From: Podarcis bocagei
Taxonomy: Eukaryota
NCBI GenBank assembly: GCA_964188305.1
Contig: OZ076886.1
Reading direction: 5' to 3' (one strand)
DNA length: 64,000 nucleotides
This document shows positions 12,761 to 25,781 of the stretch, piece after piece; the stretch's first letter is position 1; each line of letters begins with the position of its first letter. Both the position numbers and the translations under genes were made by a program. The notes beneath the pieces are model-generated. The model was not told where the DNA came from, did no database searches, and was given only the letters and a program-made list of their open reading frames with translations.

Positions 12761-15017
12761 CGCAAATGTGCAGGGTGTGTGTGTGTACCAAACTGAGGCT
12801 TTCACGCGGGTGAAATAAAGCCTCGTTTCGCTCCTAACTTGTTTTAAAAATAGCAATGGAATATTATTCTCCTGCAGCAACTACAGCACAGATTTTTGTC
12901 TCTACATTGGTCTGAATTTCAGGTTGCCCCTGAGATTTTACTGGCTTCTACATCTATAAAGCACTCAGTCTTCCAAAGGTAGGGCTCCCTCCCCCCTGAT
13001 GGTTTTTGTTTTAAAAAACCAATTAGTGCAGGAGTTGTGATCGACAGCTTGCAGTAGCACAGGAAAGCTAGACTATGATACTCTTCACCCCGTTTTGAAA
13101 AAAATTAAAGCTCAGGAACGAGTAGTGTTAACATCTGGTTAAAAGTGTCTGAGGATCTAGCTATTCAAATTCCCTCCTGTGCTGAGAATTGACCTGTATT
13201 ATGCATATCACATATGGATGACTGATCTGCCTGTAGTAAAGACCTGAAAAGGTACCCTCTGCAGAAACCATTTGCTGAGGGCCTGTAAACTATGTGAAAT
13301 ACAAAAGGATTACAGGGTGGGGGGGGACTAATGTGCATTTTGCACAGGTCATAGGAGGGAGTTTCCCCACTGCAAAGTTTTAAAAAAAATCTCCTTCTCT
13401 CTATGCAGCTGTAGAGGGAACACTAGACACTTTCATCTTTCTACAGTCTGTGGTTGAAGCAATACAACAATGGAATTTCCAATGGATTTGGGTCAAGATT
13501 CAGAAAATAGGGCTAATCTGCTGAGGATAGTCTGATCTCCATGACTTTCCCTGCTTTGCTATAATAGCTACTAAGAATTACAACTGTGTGCTATAACAAA
13601 TATATGCCCCTATTTTGGAGTCTAGGGGGGCTTTAAAAAAAAAGTGAAATGTGGGAAAACATTAAAATCCTTCTACCTGCAGTCAGGTGTTGTACAGTCC
13701 CATTATACCACATCAGGACCGTAGCAATTCATTATGTACTTTCCCCCTTCATTTCAACTGCTACTTCTAAAGCTAAGCATTTGGAAGCCTTGCTGAGCAA
13801 GCAAACCCATGAGCTTTGACAAGAGCCTGACTCAACTACCCCTGCTCCCAAACCACAATGAAAACTATAACAGGTTCTTTTTTAAAAATAATAAAATATT
13901 TGTACTATGGCAAGATGGTATGTGGCTTAAAGGAAAGAAGTCAGTAATCATAAGGCTTTCTCAATACTGCCTTAAGTTACTTCTATGAAATTCTGCCAAA
14001 CATAAATGGAACAAACCTTTCCTAAGCACTACTTCTAGGCAAACAATATTGTGCTTTTCTCATTGCTCCATGGGTGAGCCCATGGACTTCAGTCTATTCA
14101 CTTTTCTACCACCACTTATGTGGTGATGGAGAATTCCCCTCTGCTATTTCTCTGGGTAACTATCTACCCAGCTGATGTTTCATTTTAGAAGGTAATTCAT
14201 GCAATACTGACACTGTACGCAACATTAACTTCTGTTAACAAACAGGCAACAATAAGCATAGTATTCTAAGCCTTTATGAGAAAAGAAATATGAAAGAAAA
14301 CAAAACAACAACAACAGTGAGAACCCTCAAGGTTATAGCATTTATAGTTCTTTTTCTGCAGCATAAGCTGGTTAATGGATTCATCATAGATAGACATGGT
14401 TCCAAAGATCATTCTATTAACATTCTGTTCACCCCTGGTTAAATGGAAAGGCTGCAGCTTTCTCAATGCATTCAGTAAGGAATTCATACTCCCAACAATA
14501 ACAGAAGAATAGCTCACAAATGGCATTCACTGCAGAAAGTGAAATTTGCAAAAGACAAAAATCAACACTCCGCAAACCTCCTGGTAGAAATATTGAAAGC
14601 AGCATTGTGTAATTTGTGAATGAATTGCTTACTATAGTATAGTATTTTAAAACATAAAGAAATGCCCCTCCCTCTGCATTTTCTATAAAACACTCTAAAT
14701 TTACTTAGTACAAGTAGGAGAAGAAGAACATTACCCCAGGCAGGGAATACAATTTTCATAACAATTTGTTTAGTCAAGTATCAAGAGACTCTTCTCCCAG
14801 TTTGCGAAGTAGATAACATATCATTAGTCTTGATTGAATCTGACAAAACAAAACAACACCCCCGATTTACTGTACATAATGTATAAAATAAAATGCTTCC
14901 AAAGGCTTTAGTGCTACTGTCAGTCAGAGCAGATGCAGATATCTGCGTGAAAATAGGAAGAGATTCCTAGGAATTTGAATGTCACATAGCTATAGATTGA
15001 TTTATATATTATTTATG

Positions 15018-15222
15018 GGCAGATTCAATTAATGAGTCCCATCAGTAGGACTTCTGCTTGCACAGGGGGGCTTCCCTGTCCTCCCCCTCGTGCCCCCTGC
15101 ACCCCCCAAAATTGGCTTGGGGTGTGTGTCGTGAGAGGGTGAGAGGGGGATCATTCTGTCTGGCAAGCTGAAATACTTGCCCTGACAGAGCAACTGACTT
15201 AGCACAATGTTGAATTTATCTC
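15018..15222. mobile_element. Old palindromic non-autonomous DNA element
   Basis: Ends GGGCAGATTCAA / TTGAATTTATCTC. A similar end (TTGAATCTGGCCC) occurs at ~54968-54980. Confidence 0.45.
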
Positions 15223-16690
15223 TATTTTCCCCTTCACCAGAATGATCACAGGGCAGTTTACATCAGAATAAGGCAATACAAGATGTAATACATAATAAAC
15301 ATAAACATTAAAACAATGCTCATAATTAGCAGCATCCAAACTCAGAAATGACTTCATCCACCAGCTGCTAAAAGCCTGAAAAAGGTGTTGTTGTTTTTAC
15401 TTGGCATCAAAATAAATATTTTGCTCCCAGTGCTGTGTTCAGAAGGCTCACATAAGCCCAAATTGCATTTAGCAATTCCTGCTATCCAGAGTACTTTACA
15501 GGTGTATATAAACTCTAGCTGAAAGGCACCCTGTGAAGTAGAAAGGTACATACACATTCAGTGATGTAGTAGCAGGAACATAAGCTGCGACCCAGGGGAG
15601 GTTTGCTGAAGACTGGCACCCACAGGCAGATGACAGGTCCCCAGTATCCCAACAGGGGTACTGAATCTGTCCTTGGGTCCTTTTGCCAGGTGTCTCTAAG
15701 CCATCATTAAAAAATTCCACAGTGTCCCGGAGCATCCAGTCTAATGACCCTACAAGGCATGGTGGGAAATTAAAATGCTTGAGGCTTCTCCTCACTGCTG
15801 ACTCAAACCTGGTTCCAGCCGTGTTTAGCATCCAGGACACACATGGGCTGGAATGAAACATGATTGTTGAATGATCGCTGATAAGCATTTTAACAATGGT
15901 AATAACCAAAGCGGTATATCTTAGGCTTAGACACCCAACAAATGACACCCAAGACATGTAAGCCAGAGAGAACCTGATCCACTATTCACACGCTCAGTCA
16001 ATTTTATACACAAAGACACTTGTAAATGCAGGAGACAAGAATAGTTCAAGCAGACTGCCTGCTTCCAATCTCATTAATCTATAAATATATTCATTTCTTG
16101 CTCAGATGCTTCAAACACAAATATAAATGGCTATTGACCTCTACTCTGTGTGATAAGTTTAGCAGATTCCCAGATACTGCATGCAACACTTTTCATGTGC
16201 AAGCTTTTCCAGAAGTATTAGCTGTAACGATGCAGCTCCCTTAAAGATTCTCTCCTCTCTGTCCCTGATTTACCTCTCTCATTTTATTTATCAAAAATTT
16301 TAAATCGTTTCATTGTAAATAAATTCAATCTAAATGGTTTACAATAAAATAAAATGTAATTATTGTTTTTTTAAAAAAATACAGTGAAAAAATGGTATTA
16401 AAAATATTCAAAAGATGATTAAAATCAACAGTAGCTAAAAAGAAACAAAAACACAAATTACTTCTACACTGTTTTAAGCAAGTGCCAAAAGGAGTACAGC
16501 AAATATGCCTGCCTGGTGTCAAAAGAAATGGAGCTCCAAAGTGTAGGTCCTGTCACACTGGATCAATTTCTTACAAGCGTCAGTTCTGCATATCGAAGTG
16601 GTTACCCTTATATTGGGTAAGGCAATCCCATGAGAAAACTGGTCCCAAGTGCTCACAGGCTTTATATACTAACATGCATGTAATATGCAG

Positions 16691-16826
16691 CAGGCTTGCT
16701 CAACCTCGGCCCTCCAGATGTTTTGAGACCACAATTCCCATCATCCCTGACCACTGGTCCTGCTAGCTAGGGATCATAGGAGTTGTAGGCCAAAAACATC
16801 TGGAGGGCCGAGTTTGAGGAAGCCTG
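16691..16826. mobile_element. hAT MITE (near-perfect hairpin)
   Basis: Arms CAGGCTTGCTCAACCTCGGCCCTCCAGATGTTTT / AAAACATCTGGAGGGCCGAGTTTGAGGAAGCCTG. 8-bp TSD ATATGCAG vs ATATACAG. Confidence 0.9.
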
Positions 16827-17899
16827 ATATACAGTTTCATGACATATGATGAAACCACTTGCCCTTCTGGCAGACTCTGTGGTTAACCCATGAGTCTGAA
16901 GATCTCGTTCTATTCAGAAATATGATAGAGTCATGTGGTTGTTTTAGGCCAATCTTGTGTGACTTCATTTGAAGACAGTCTGCAAATGTTGACAGCAGGT
17001 TAGCACACTTTCAACTGCGCCCTAATTAACCTTATGAACATAGCTTTCAAAGTCAAAGTAGGCGCTCTCTCTTTACACTGGGTTTAGAGGGAAATCTTTA
17101 ACCCATAGTAACCTAAAATGAATTATAATCCCAAATTCACTATTCTAGGGATCGCTGTTAGGCCATGCCATCAATATGCTTGCTGCAAAGTCTTTTGCTG
17201 CTCCACATTTCATAGCCCTTACAAATTTTATATAAACTCCACACTTGCCTACAGGAAAAGCTTTCATCAGTCTAACAATTTGTCCGGCAATCTGTTAAAA
17301 TAAAATACACTCCTTTTATGGGAACAAGGCTGGTAATAGTCAAGCTAAGTAATCTTTAATTCCAAATTATTTGCACAGTAGTCAGCATTTACATTCTTGG
17401 CATAACCAATCTTAAAAGGCAGTTCTCATGAATTTTAACACACAGTTGCTTCTGAAGATGAGCCCGCAAGCTTGATCTTGAAATGGATGAAGCACCCAAA
17501 GCTCTTCTAATAGGCCATGCAGTACTAGGATAAAGGCACCATTCATCTATACTTCTCAAAACCAATGACAATGAGATGGAAGTTGGTATCTTAAGAATGT
17601 GATTCCTTTGCAGAAAAAGCTTTAATACAGTAATGCTATTTGGATGTAGACAATAAATTATGCCACAATTAATCACCTTGGTATTTCACAGAAATACTGA
17701 CTTACGGACTGTACAAAATAAATAAAAGGATGAAGAACTATATCTAGCTATAGTGAAATGTGAAGCTGTGGAATGGCAGTGCACAGTGGTTAAGCACATG
17801 AGCTATGAACCAAATTCTAATCGCAGCTCACCAACAAACTTGCTAGCTAGAAGCAACTCACAAGGATTACTTGCAGGATATATGGCATCTGGAAATGGA

Positions 17900-18260
17900 A
17901 GGGTGACAAACAAACCATTGGGTTGTCCTCCTGGAGACCCTTAGCCAATCATGGCAAGGAGGAGAAACTACCAATCAGGAGAGTGTGAAGATGTTAAAAC
18001 TGTTGAACTGGCAAATGGGGCCTGGCTAGGGAAGTAAAAGCAGACAGCCATTCTAGGAAAGAACAGATTTAACAGCAACAGTTCTGTTGTGAAGAATTAT
18101 AAGAAAAGTTCTTGTTTAAACCTGAAACACAACTTGTGATAGAAAATAAGTACTGTGCCTTAATAGTGAAAATGTCAAGCTTTATACCTCATTGAGTATT
18201 TGTTAATAAAAATACAGTTTTTGTTTCCATTGTTCCCTCACCTTTAGTTTACATTTAGAT
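17900..18260 (+). mobile_element. Old LTR-like remnant
   Basis: Shares CCAATCAGGAGAGTG and an AATAAAAA...AGTTTT.GTT.CCAT block with 51375-51960. Boundaries approximate. Confidence 0.45.
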
Positions 18261-18390
18261 CATAGAATAAGTTGTCAAAGGAGCTCCAATATCAAGAACT
18301 TTTGCTGCTGATTTATATGATATGAAACCACATATATAGCACCCCTGAATGGTAGGCAGGAGTTGACAAAGGTTAAAGGAAACAAGCAGC

Positions 18391-18522
18391 TATCCTATTT
18401 TTAAAAGACATCTGAAGGCAGCCCTGTTTAGGGAAGTTTTAATATTTAATGCTGTATTGTTTTTAACACTTGATTGGGAGCCACCCAGAGTGGCTGGGGA
18501 AACTTGGCCAGATGGGTGGGGT

Positions 18523-18565
<43 letters not shown>
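18391..18565 (+). mobile_element. Young L2 3' end with (AAT)n tail
   Basis: ORF2 end FKRHLKAALFREVF, then GGGAGCCACCCAGAGTGGCTGGGGAAAC and an (AAT)n tail. Homologues at 55569 and 62927. Confidence 0.85.
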
Positions 18566-18566
<1 letters not shown>

Positions 18567-19421
18567 GCAACCTGACTTGGTCATGTTGCCTAGCTCCCAT
18601 CTCACTGAGGAAATCTGCCACTGGAGGCTGCTCTATTAAGAAAAATGGGGCATTGCCCCACATAGTCTTTCCTCAGCCAGTCAGCCCCACCTGGCTTAGC
18701 CTACCTGCTTGCAACTAGTCCAGGTTAACAGCACTGCCTCTCAGCTTCTGTCCTTCAGTGTTTCAGTGTTGCCCTTGTGGAACTTGTCAGGGAGGATGGG
18801 GAGAAGTTTAGAATTAGTTGGCTCTGCTTGACATTGGCTCCTGCCTTCCACCCTATCAGTCCCAATGGACACCAGCCACCTCAAGATTACAGCGTCCAGA
18901 GTAATCAACTTCACTGCCAGCCAATTGGCTTTAAAATATTATTTATTTATTTAGGTTTCAAAATAATAGTGTGACTAGGAATCAAATCATCTCTTTTACT
19001 ACCACCATGGCTAGAAGTGCTCAAAACCCCTTTCTTCCTGTTTGAAAGTTTAGTTGTCAAGAAAGTATTGCATTTTAAACTGTAAGCAAAGGAATCAGAA
19101 AAGAAGAAAATGAATTTCTAACAACAATTATTTTTTATTTCATAGTTTCTTATAACCAAGTCAACCAAACAAAAAATTGGCTAGTTGAATGACTGTACCT
19201 AAGTGAAAATTTCAACACATGGGTCATCCGTGCTATCCATCCAATAACCACAATCTACAACAGGAACAATATTTACTCACATGTAAATCCACTAACTCCC
19301 AAGTAAGTATGATTCAGAATCACTTGTGGTTGTGAGTCTGAAATGCCTTTGACAAACTTAGTTTCCTGCTGCAGCCTGCAGTTCTACTGCACACGAATTG
19401 CAGAGAGTAACCTTCTCTTGT

Positions 19422-19435
19422 GTTGCCTAGGCAAC
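19422..19435. promoter_or_regulatory. Perfect palindromic RFX X-box GTTGCCTAGGCAAC
   Basis: 14-bp exact palindrome fitting the RFX consensus, in non-repeat sequence. AGCCAAT at 19476-19482. Confidence 0.6.
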
Positions 19436-20411
19436 CAGAAAAAGCAAGGTCCTAGCTATTACTCTTTTCCTTATTAGCCAATGTCCTCAGGAAAGTCATC
19501 TTTAGCACCTCCCTTTTTGCCCAAGGAGAACCAGCAAAGAGCCCTCTAAATGAAATAGAATTCAATTAGATAAATTCAACATAAATATTTCTACTTGTCT
19601 GTTTCATGAATTCTGGGTAGAAACAATATTTCTTCACAGTTCTAGTTTGCATCTAATAATGTACAATTATTAATATATAATTATTATTGTTATTACTATA
19701 ACTAGTTGTAGAATTGTTTGGTTTAGAATGTGGAAATTGTGTTTCTTATGCTGATTTTTTTCATTGGACTTTGAAAACTGTTTACAGGTTTCTGTTGACA
19801 TATGAAGTAAATAAAGGAATATAATGCATATGGTCAGTTTAAATGCTGAGCTACAAATTGCTCTATTTCCTTTCCTATATCTGATTCCCAGAACAGGAAG
19901 GTAGATCAGATAATAGACTAGTTGAGAGAAAAAATTGTCCCACTCTAATAATCTAAAATTCATTTCCAAAATATATGGAAATTTGGACCCTTTTATCCAA
20001 AAAGGAAGTAATGCGTAATATACTAAAAAGTAAAATTATTCACAACATAAAACATTTATATAACATTTATATATTGGAATGATGTATTTTTATATAAAAA
20101 AATAAAAGTATAACAACAGAAAGATGCAAGGTAAGAATTAATTAAATTTTGGACAGAGCAAATATGGTATTGAAGAGAATTTCTCATTATACAGGTATCA
20201 GTGATTGCACACATTTCTGTTCAATTATGCCACCTTTACTTCAAAGTTAATATAATTCTACAGCATAATGCTTCTTCATGGAGATTGATGGACACGTTTC
20301 ATGCTAATTCTTTCCAGAGTTAGTAAGCTTTTATTTTTCATGTCAAGGAAACAAAATGATGAGAAGCAACCAAGCAGAAATGCCAGTGCATATTTCAAAA
20401 TGTCATTATGT

Positions 20412-20575
20412 NNNNNNNNNNNNNNNNNNNNNNNNNNNNNNNNNNNNNNNNNNNNNNNNNNNNNNNNNNNNNNNNNNNNNNNNNNNNNNNNNNNNNNNNN
20501 NNNNNNNNNNNNNNNNNNNNNNNNNNNNNNNNNNNNNNNNNNNNNNNNNNNNNNNNNNNNNNNNNNNNNNNNNNN
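20412..20575. other. Assembly gap (164 N)
   Basis: Run of N. Confidence 1.
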
Positions 20576-21803
20576 TAAACAGATACTCTATGGGTGTCAA
20601 CACTTATTTGGCAGGTCTGATTACAAAAAGCATACCAAGAATAAATATTGAAGCACGTGCTCAGGTGAAAAATACCACACAACCCTATTTTACTAAGGGG
20701 GGCTGCAGTTCACAAAATGCAAAACATATATCAACAAGTTCTGTGCTAAATTTCATTATGTATGATTTTGGATTCCAGTTTTTGGGCTTTCAGGCTGTAA
20801 ATAATTCAGGATGATCAAGTCAACACTTGACTGCTCTATAAGAGCATTTCGAAGAGTGGCCTCCTTTCTGTACTGCCACTGTTTATTATTTATATAGCAC
20901 AAAATTTGATTGTGCTCACCGTCACAAAAGATCTGTGAGGTATGTTACAGACACTAACAATGCCACTTCAGCACACTGCTTGGTACATACCACAAATTCT
21001 TAACTCATGTTCAAGGATGGAGTGATACCTTTCCCAAACTAGTACTTTACAGGAATTAACAAACAAAAGGAAACCTATATCACAGCAGAGCTACCAACAG
21101 GCAAACTGAGGAGTGTTATTATTACTCCTTCACTACCATTCATTTCTTTTAAAGTTGTTTCATAAAATATAGTTTCCATTTTAGTACCCAGGCAAAAGAA
21201 TTCATTCTCAGAGAAGCTTTGGGTATTGTCTCCTGCAGGGCAAGCAGGAATGTGTGCTGCTGCTCTTGCTCATCACCTGAATTAAAATGTACTCTGAGGG
21301 AGGAAGATGCACAAGTTCTGCTTGTGATTCTACAAACAAGTGAAGAGAGAATACACAAGTCACTCATGATTCCTAGTGTCTAAGATATAACATTCAAGAT
21401 TGCCTTCTCTACTGAAGACAGGTACAAAACGTCCAGTAGTCCAAATCCTTAGGACCAAATTACATGTTCAAAGAAGTTGCATGTAATTTCACTCAGGATT
21501 TTGAAAGTGTTTTATCTTTTATTTGTTCTAGGGGAGTGGTACTATTTTGTGTTTTTTTCCAATGGGGGGGGGAGACTAAATCTCTTCCCACGTGGGAACT
21601 GAAATAGTGAGGAAATTAATAGGAACTAGCAACGGGTAGATAAACAGTCCACTCAACAACCCTGCCCCACCCCCAGTCTACAAGCGTAAACTTTAATTTA
21701 ATGGTGGATTTGGGGGAGGTCGGACTCTGTGTGAAATCATACAAATTCAAGATGATCTATTTTCATTCTGCTGGATCTGACTTCTACCCAGACCCCACAT
21801 GAA

Positions 21804-21806
<3 letters not shown>

Positions 21807-21848
<42 letters not shown>
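21807..21848. repeat. (GA)n microsatellite
   Basis: Direct reading. Confidence 0.95.
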
Positions 21849-21851
<3 letters not shown>

Positions 21852-24389
21852 TTGAGATTTCTGTCTTGGGCAGTGGAAACAGAAAGGAAGTTGTCTCTGG
21901 GTGGCTGTGACCATGCCTCCAAACTGAAAGGAGGCAAGACGAGGAAAGTCTTGGCATGCAAAATATATCCTATGAGGGCAGGTAATCCTGCTGCATCTCT
22001 GAAATAGGGTTGAATATACAAAAAGACCAAGTCCCAGTAGATGATGACTGGATAAGGCAAGACTCATGAATCGTTCAGAGATACACCAGCCATTTACAGT
22101 ATAGTACTACTTAATAGAAATATATTAAATGTTCATAATCATAACGGATGTTCTCTATCTACAATTTTGCATTAAGGCTGGATATTTAAAGTTCCACAGT
22201 TGTCTACACTATGTATAAACTAATTCTGCATTTTCTAAAGTGACAGTGGAACAAGTTCCAGCAAACAATGCACTAAAGCTACCTTTGCTTCCAAGCACCG
22301 TGCAGTTAGGAATCCTTGCTTGGGAATATGTGTCTGTGTTATCTGAAGTCTGCATGGTCATGTAAAATATACAGAAAAATTCCTTTGGGTCAATGCCTTC
22401 TTCCAAAGCTTTAATTGCTGTGCTTCGTCTTTGGCAAACCCAGTAAGTTAAGAAAATAAAAAGCACAGGAATGTTCTTCCTCATTGGGTTGGCTGTATCA
22501 GATCTCTTGTTTCTATTACTACAATGACCCCAACAAATTAAAAGGTGCAAAAGAAGCGAGTCTGAATCCTCTGAAGTAGGACAGATATAGCTCATGTTAC
22601 TTCATATTTTGGGAAATAATTGTGTCTTGATGGAGCTCTGTATTTCATTTAGGCTAAATTCAGTTGCAACTCTAATTCCATTGAGCCTGCTATTTACACC
22701 AGCAACCTTTTATAGAATGTAAATCACTCACTTCAGGACTAAATGGCGGTTTCATGAAAAACATACATTGCGTTCTACAGGAAGACTTTCAATAAAGCCA
22801 TAAATGGTGGTGAGAAAGAGGGAGGAAAGCCTTGGAGGAAAAAATTCTAAGTGGCACGCTTTGGAAATGAAAGACAGTATTAAAATTGATGCATTTTTGA
22901 CCACAGTACTATTCATTATTATGGATGAATAAATCTAAGGCTGATTGGGAACAAGAACATTCCCTTCGGGAACCTCTGAAAAGGCATAAATTAGATTAAA
23001 TTGCTCTTGTCATTGTGTTTGAATACAGAAGCAACAAAAAGTAATTTCAGTTCAGAGAAGCTTAAGGTAAACAATGGTAATATTGGGTTTCATTTTCATT
23101 CCAATGGGTCCTCTCATTGATGGCGTCCCTTTAATTGCTTTTCTAGGTATCTAGTAGAGCATAACTGCGTGATAATATTCAAGCTATTTCACTTTGTTTT
23201 ATTAGTTCCATTGGGAGGTTGGTTTTTTTCCCTGGCAAAGCACTGTGTTACATCCAACTGCAAGTAACAAAAGGCTAATACTCTGTTGGCCTAGAAAATA
23301 TATTGCCTTCTAAATATGTGAAGAACCAGTGCTTGTTTATATCACTAGTTACTCCAAAATGACAAGTCCCAATGTACTTTAGTACCAGATTTCTTTATAT
23401 GACCAAGCTGCTCTATACACAGCTGAGCTGAAGTGGAGGAGAAGCATTCAGAAGAAGAAGAAAATTAGCCAGTACTGAAAGACACCGGCCCTCCCCTTTA
23501 ATGTTTTTTTTAGAAAGGATTGTTGAGGGATGTACCGAAAACTATTCAGAGAACATTGTTGTCACTCTCTTGTCTTTCTTTCTTTTGTCAGTAACCTGAC
23601 TACTTAGATTCATACATGTGCAGGCAGTTTTGCCCTCACTTTAAGCTAACTTCACTTGCCCTCTGTGTTGCTGGCACAGAGCCAAACCTCATTGGCTGAA
23701 TAGCATTCTTGAAAGCCAGGACATTTACTCCATGACCTCAGGACTTTCAAGATCACTCTGATAAGGAGAAATAAATGCTAACCAAGAAAAAGGAACATCA
23801 GATAAGAGAAACAAGGGCAGCAAACACCTTTGGGGGGAAAAGGGGTAAACATTCACACATTTAAAAAGGTTTTTTGGGGGCAGGATATTACTGCTCCCCA
23901 CCTTCATAGGGTCAAACAATCAAAACAGACCATTTTGTGCAGCTCTAATTTATATCATTGTAAAACAGATGCAGGTCAAGTGTTTCTAGCTTCCATGGTT
24001 TTCATTATTCCTCACTTTTAGGTTGCTTCAACAGTCTTAATGTTGCTAAATCTGTCTAGACCCTCCGTATTCTACATACATTGCACCAGTCATTTTTATA
24101 AACAACCTTATAAGTTGCCACATGTGTACGATATTACTGTCTCCATACTACATACAGGGAACTGAGAAACATTGCTTCTCCAAAGGCAGGGCCCTTGCTT
24201 GTGACTGAATATGAGATTTAAAACAAGTGCTTCTTGGTTCACAGCTAGTTTTCTTAACTGGGGTAGAGCGGTCAAAAGGCGTGTCACAGGTGGCTCTAAA
24301 AGATACGACTTGCCAGTCACCCAGCTCTGTTTCTCTATAATGCCTTTGCTGTTGCTAGTGAAGCAGTCTACCAGGGACTCCTGCTTACT

Positions 24390-24416
24390 ATTGCTATGGC
24401 AACACAGAAGCCCAAT
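24390..24416. promoter_or_regulatory. X-box-like ATTGCTATGGCAAC with adjacent CCAAT
   Basis: One mismatch to GTTGCYATGGCAAC (24390-24403). CCAAT at 24412-24416. Confidence 0.4.
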
Positions 24417-24620
24417 GGCCAGGCACAATGTGATTCACATGGTTCTCATCTCAGGCTTGAGGTGTAAACAGTCAAGTGGGTGGGGAACTTCTGTTCCTCC
24501 AGATGTCAACTCCAACCCCATGGCTAATGGTCAAGGGGCGGTGAGAGTTGTAGTTCAGAGTCCAACAAAATACAGAGAGCCACAAGTTAGCCACCTGGAA
24601 CTAAAACATTCCTGATAGAC

Positions 24621-24622
<2 letters not shown>

Positions 24623-24665
<43 letters not shown>

Positions 24666-24692
24666 CACGCGCACACAAACAAACACACACAC
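24623..24692. repeat. Interrupted (CA)n microsatellite
   Basis: Direct reading. Confidence 0.95.
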
Positions 24693-25781
24693 AAAATCCT
24701 CTCTTCCCAGTTCTTTTTACAGCAACTAGACTTCTTCCTAAAATTCAAGCAGTTATTTGTTGGCCTTCCTATGTCAGGCTACTTATTCTTGAGTGAAATA
24801 CATTCTTAAGCTTTTTCCTAAATAACGGTAGTTGTTTTTACCTTTAGCTGAAAAACAAATGAAAGAAATATGGTTATGTGAAGCCAGCCTGCCAAATAGG
24901 CAGGATTATGTCTGTTCACAGTAAGATGCATCGTGATTAAGCAATGGGATATTATAACATTAATCTCCTCAGAGATTCAGGAATTAGTATCTGCCCCTGA
25001 ACTGCTACTCACAGCAACTATGAGCCATACAAAACAAGATCCAGCTTTGCTGCACATTAAAGTAATGAATCCAGAGGAAATTAAAGTATCTGTTCAATGA
25101 GAGGGGACCTTTAGAAAGAGCTTGTGGGAGTTTGAGGTCCCGGCTGCAAAACACACTGATGCACACCTGCACCTCTTCTTTCTCCATGCCAAGGATGTGT
25201 TGATTGAGTCCTTTGCTCAAATGGGATGCCATGTTATTATTTCTCCACCTGTTCCTTCTGATGCAACCCTTCAGCAGCAGTATAAGGCCACTACTAGTGC
25301 AGTTATTTGGGATGTCCCGACAGTGGCTGAAGGTGTGTGACTGCCCAAGACAGACAGCCTGGCTCAGCCTGGTTTCACCATGCTACTTCCATTGCTGCCA
25401 CTGCTTATCCAGCCAGAATAAAACACAGAATCCAGGCTGGCACCTCCTTGTTGTACTGGTAACAGTGAGGTCCAGCAGCCAGGCATGGCACAAAGCAGGG
25501 GTAATTTGAATTTCAGTTGCCCCATGATGGTTAACTTGGCAGGGGATCAGTTGCTCTGAGGCAGAGTTGGATGAAAAAACGTGTGTAACCACAGCTAAGA
25601 AATATCACTTTATTATGCTTGTACCATCACTATGTGAATATAAGTTGGCATAGGTGAATCAATGGTCCGCAAACAAATGTAAAATTAAATGATCTCTTCC
25701 CTGTGTATCAAACCTGTATGATGTAAGTTTAATGGTGAATTCACTGTTAGTATGTTTTCCTGTTAATAGTTCATTTGCTAC

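Noticed and set aside
14431-14530. Strong minus-strand acceptor followed by NAICELFFCYCWEYEFLTECIEKAAAFPFNQG*
   Set aside because: No recognisable homology and no compatible upstream exon, so it cannot be supported as CDS.
15496-15957. 153-aa minus ORF; an alternative frame has DPRTDSVPLL, reminiscent of an ELOVL N-terminus
   Set aside because: That frame is preceded by stops, no further ELOVL exons (e.g. the HxxHH box) were found, and splice phases to neighbouring candidate exons do not build a coherent protein.
20301-20814. ORFs containing X runs
   Set aside because: Artefacts of the N gap.
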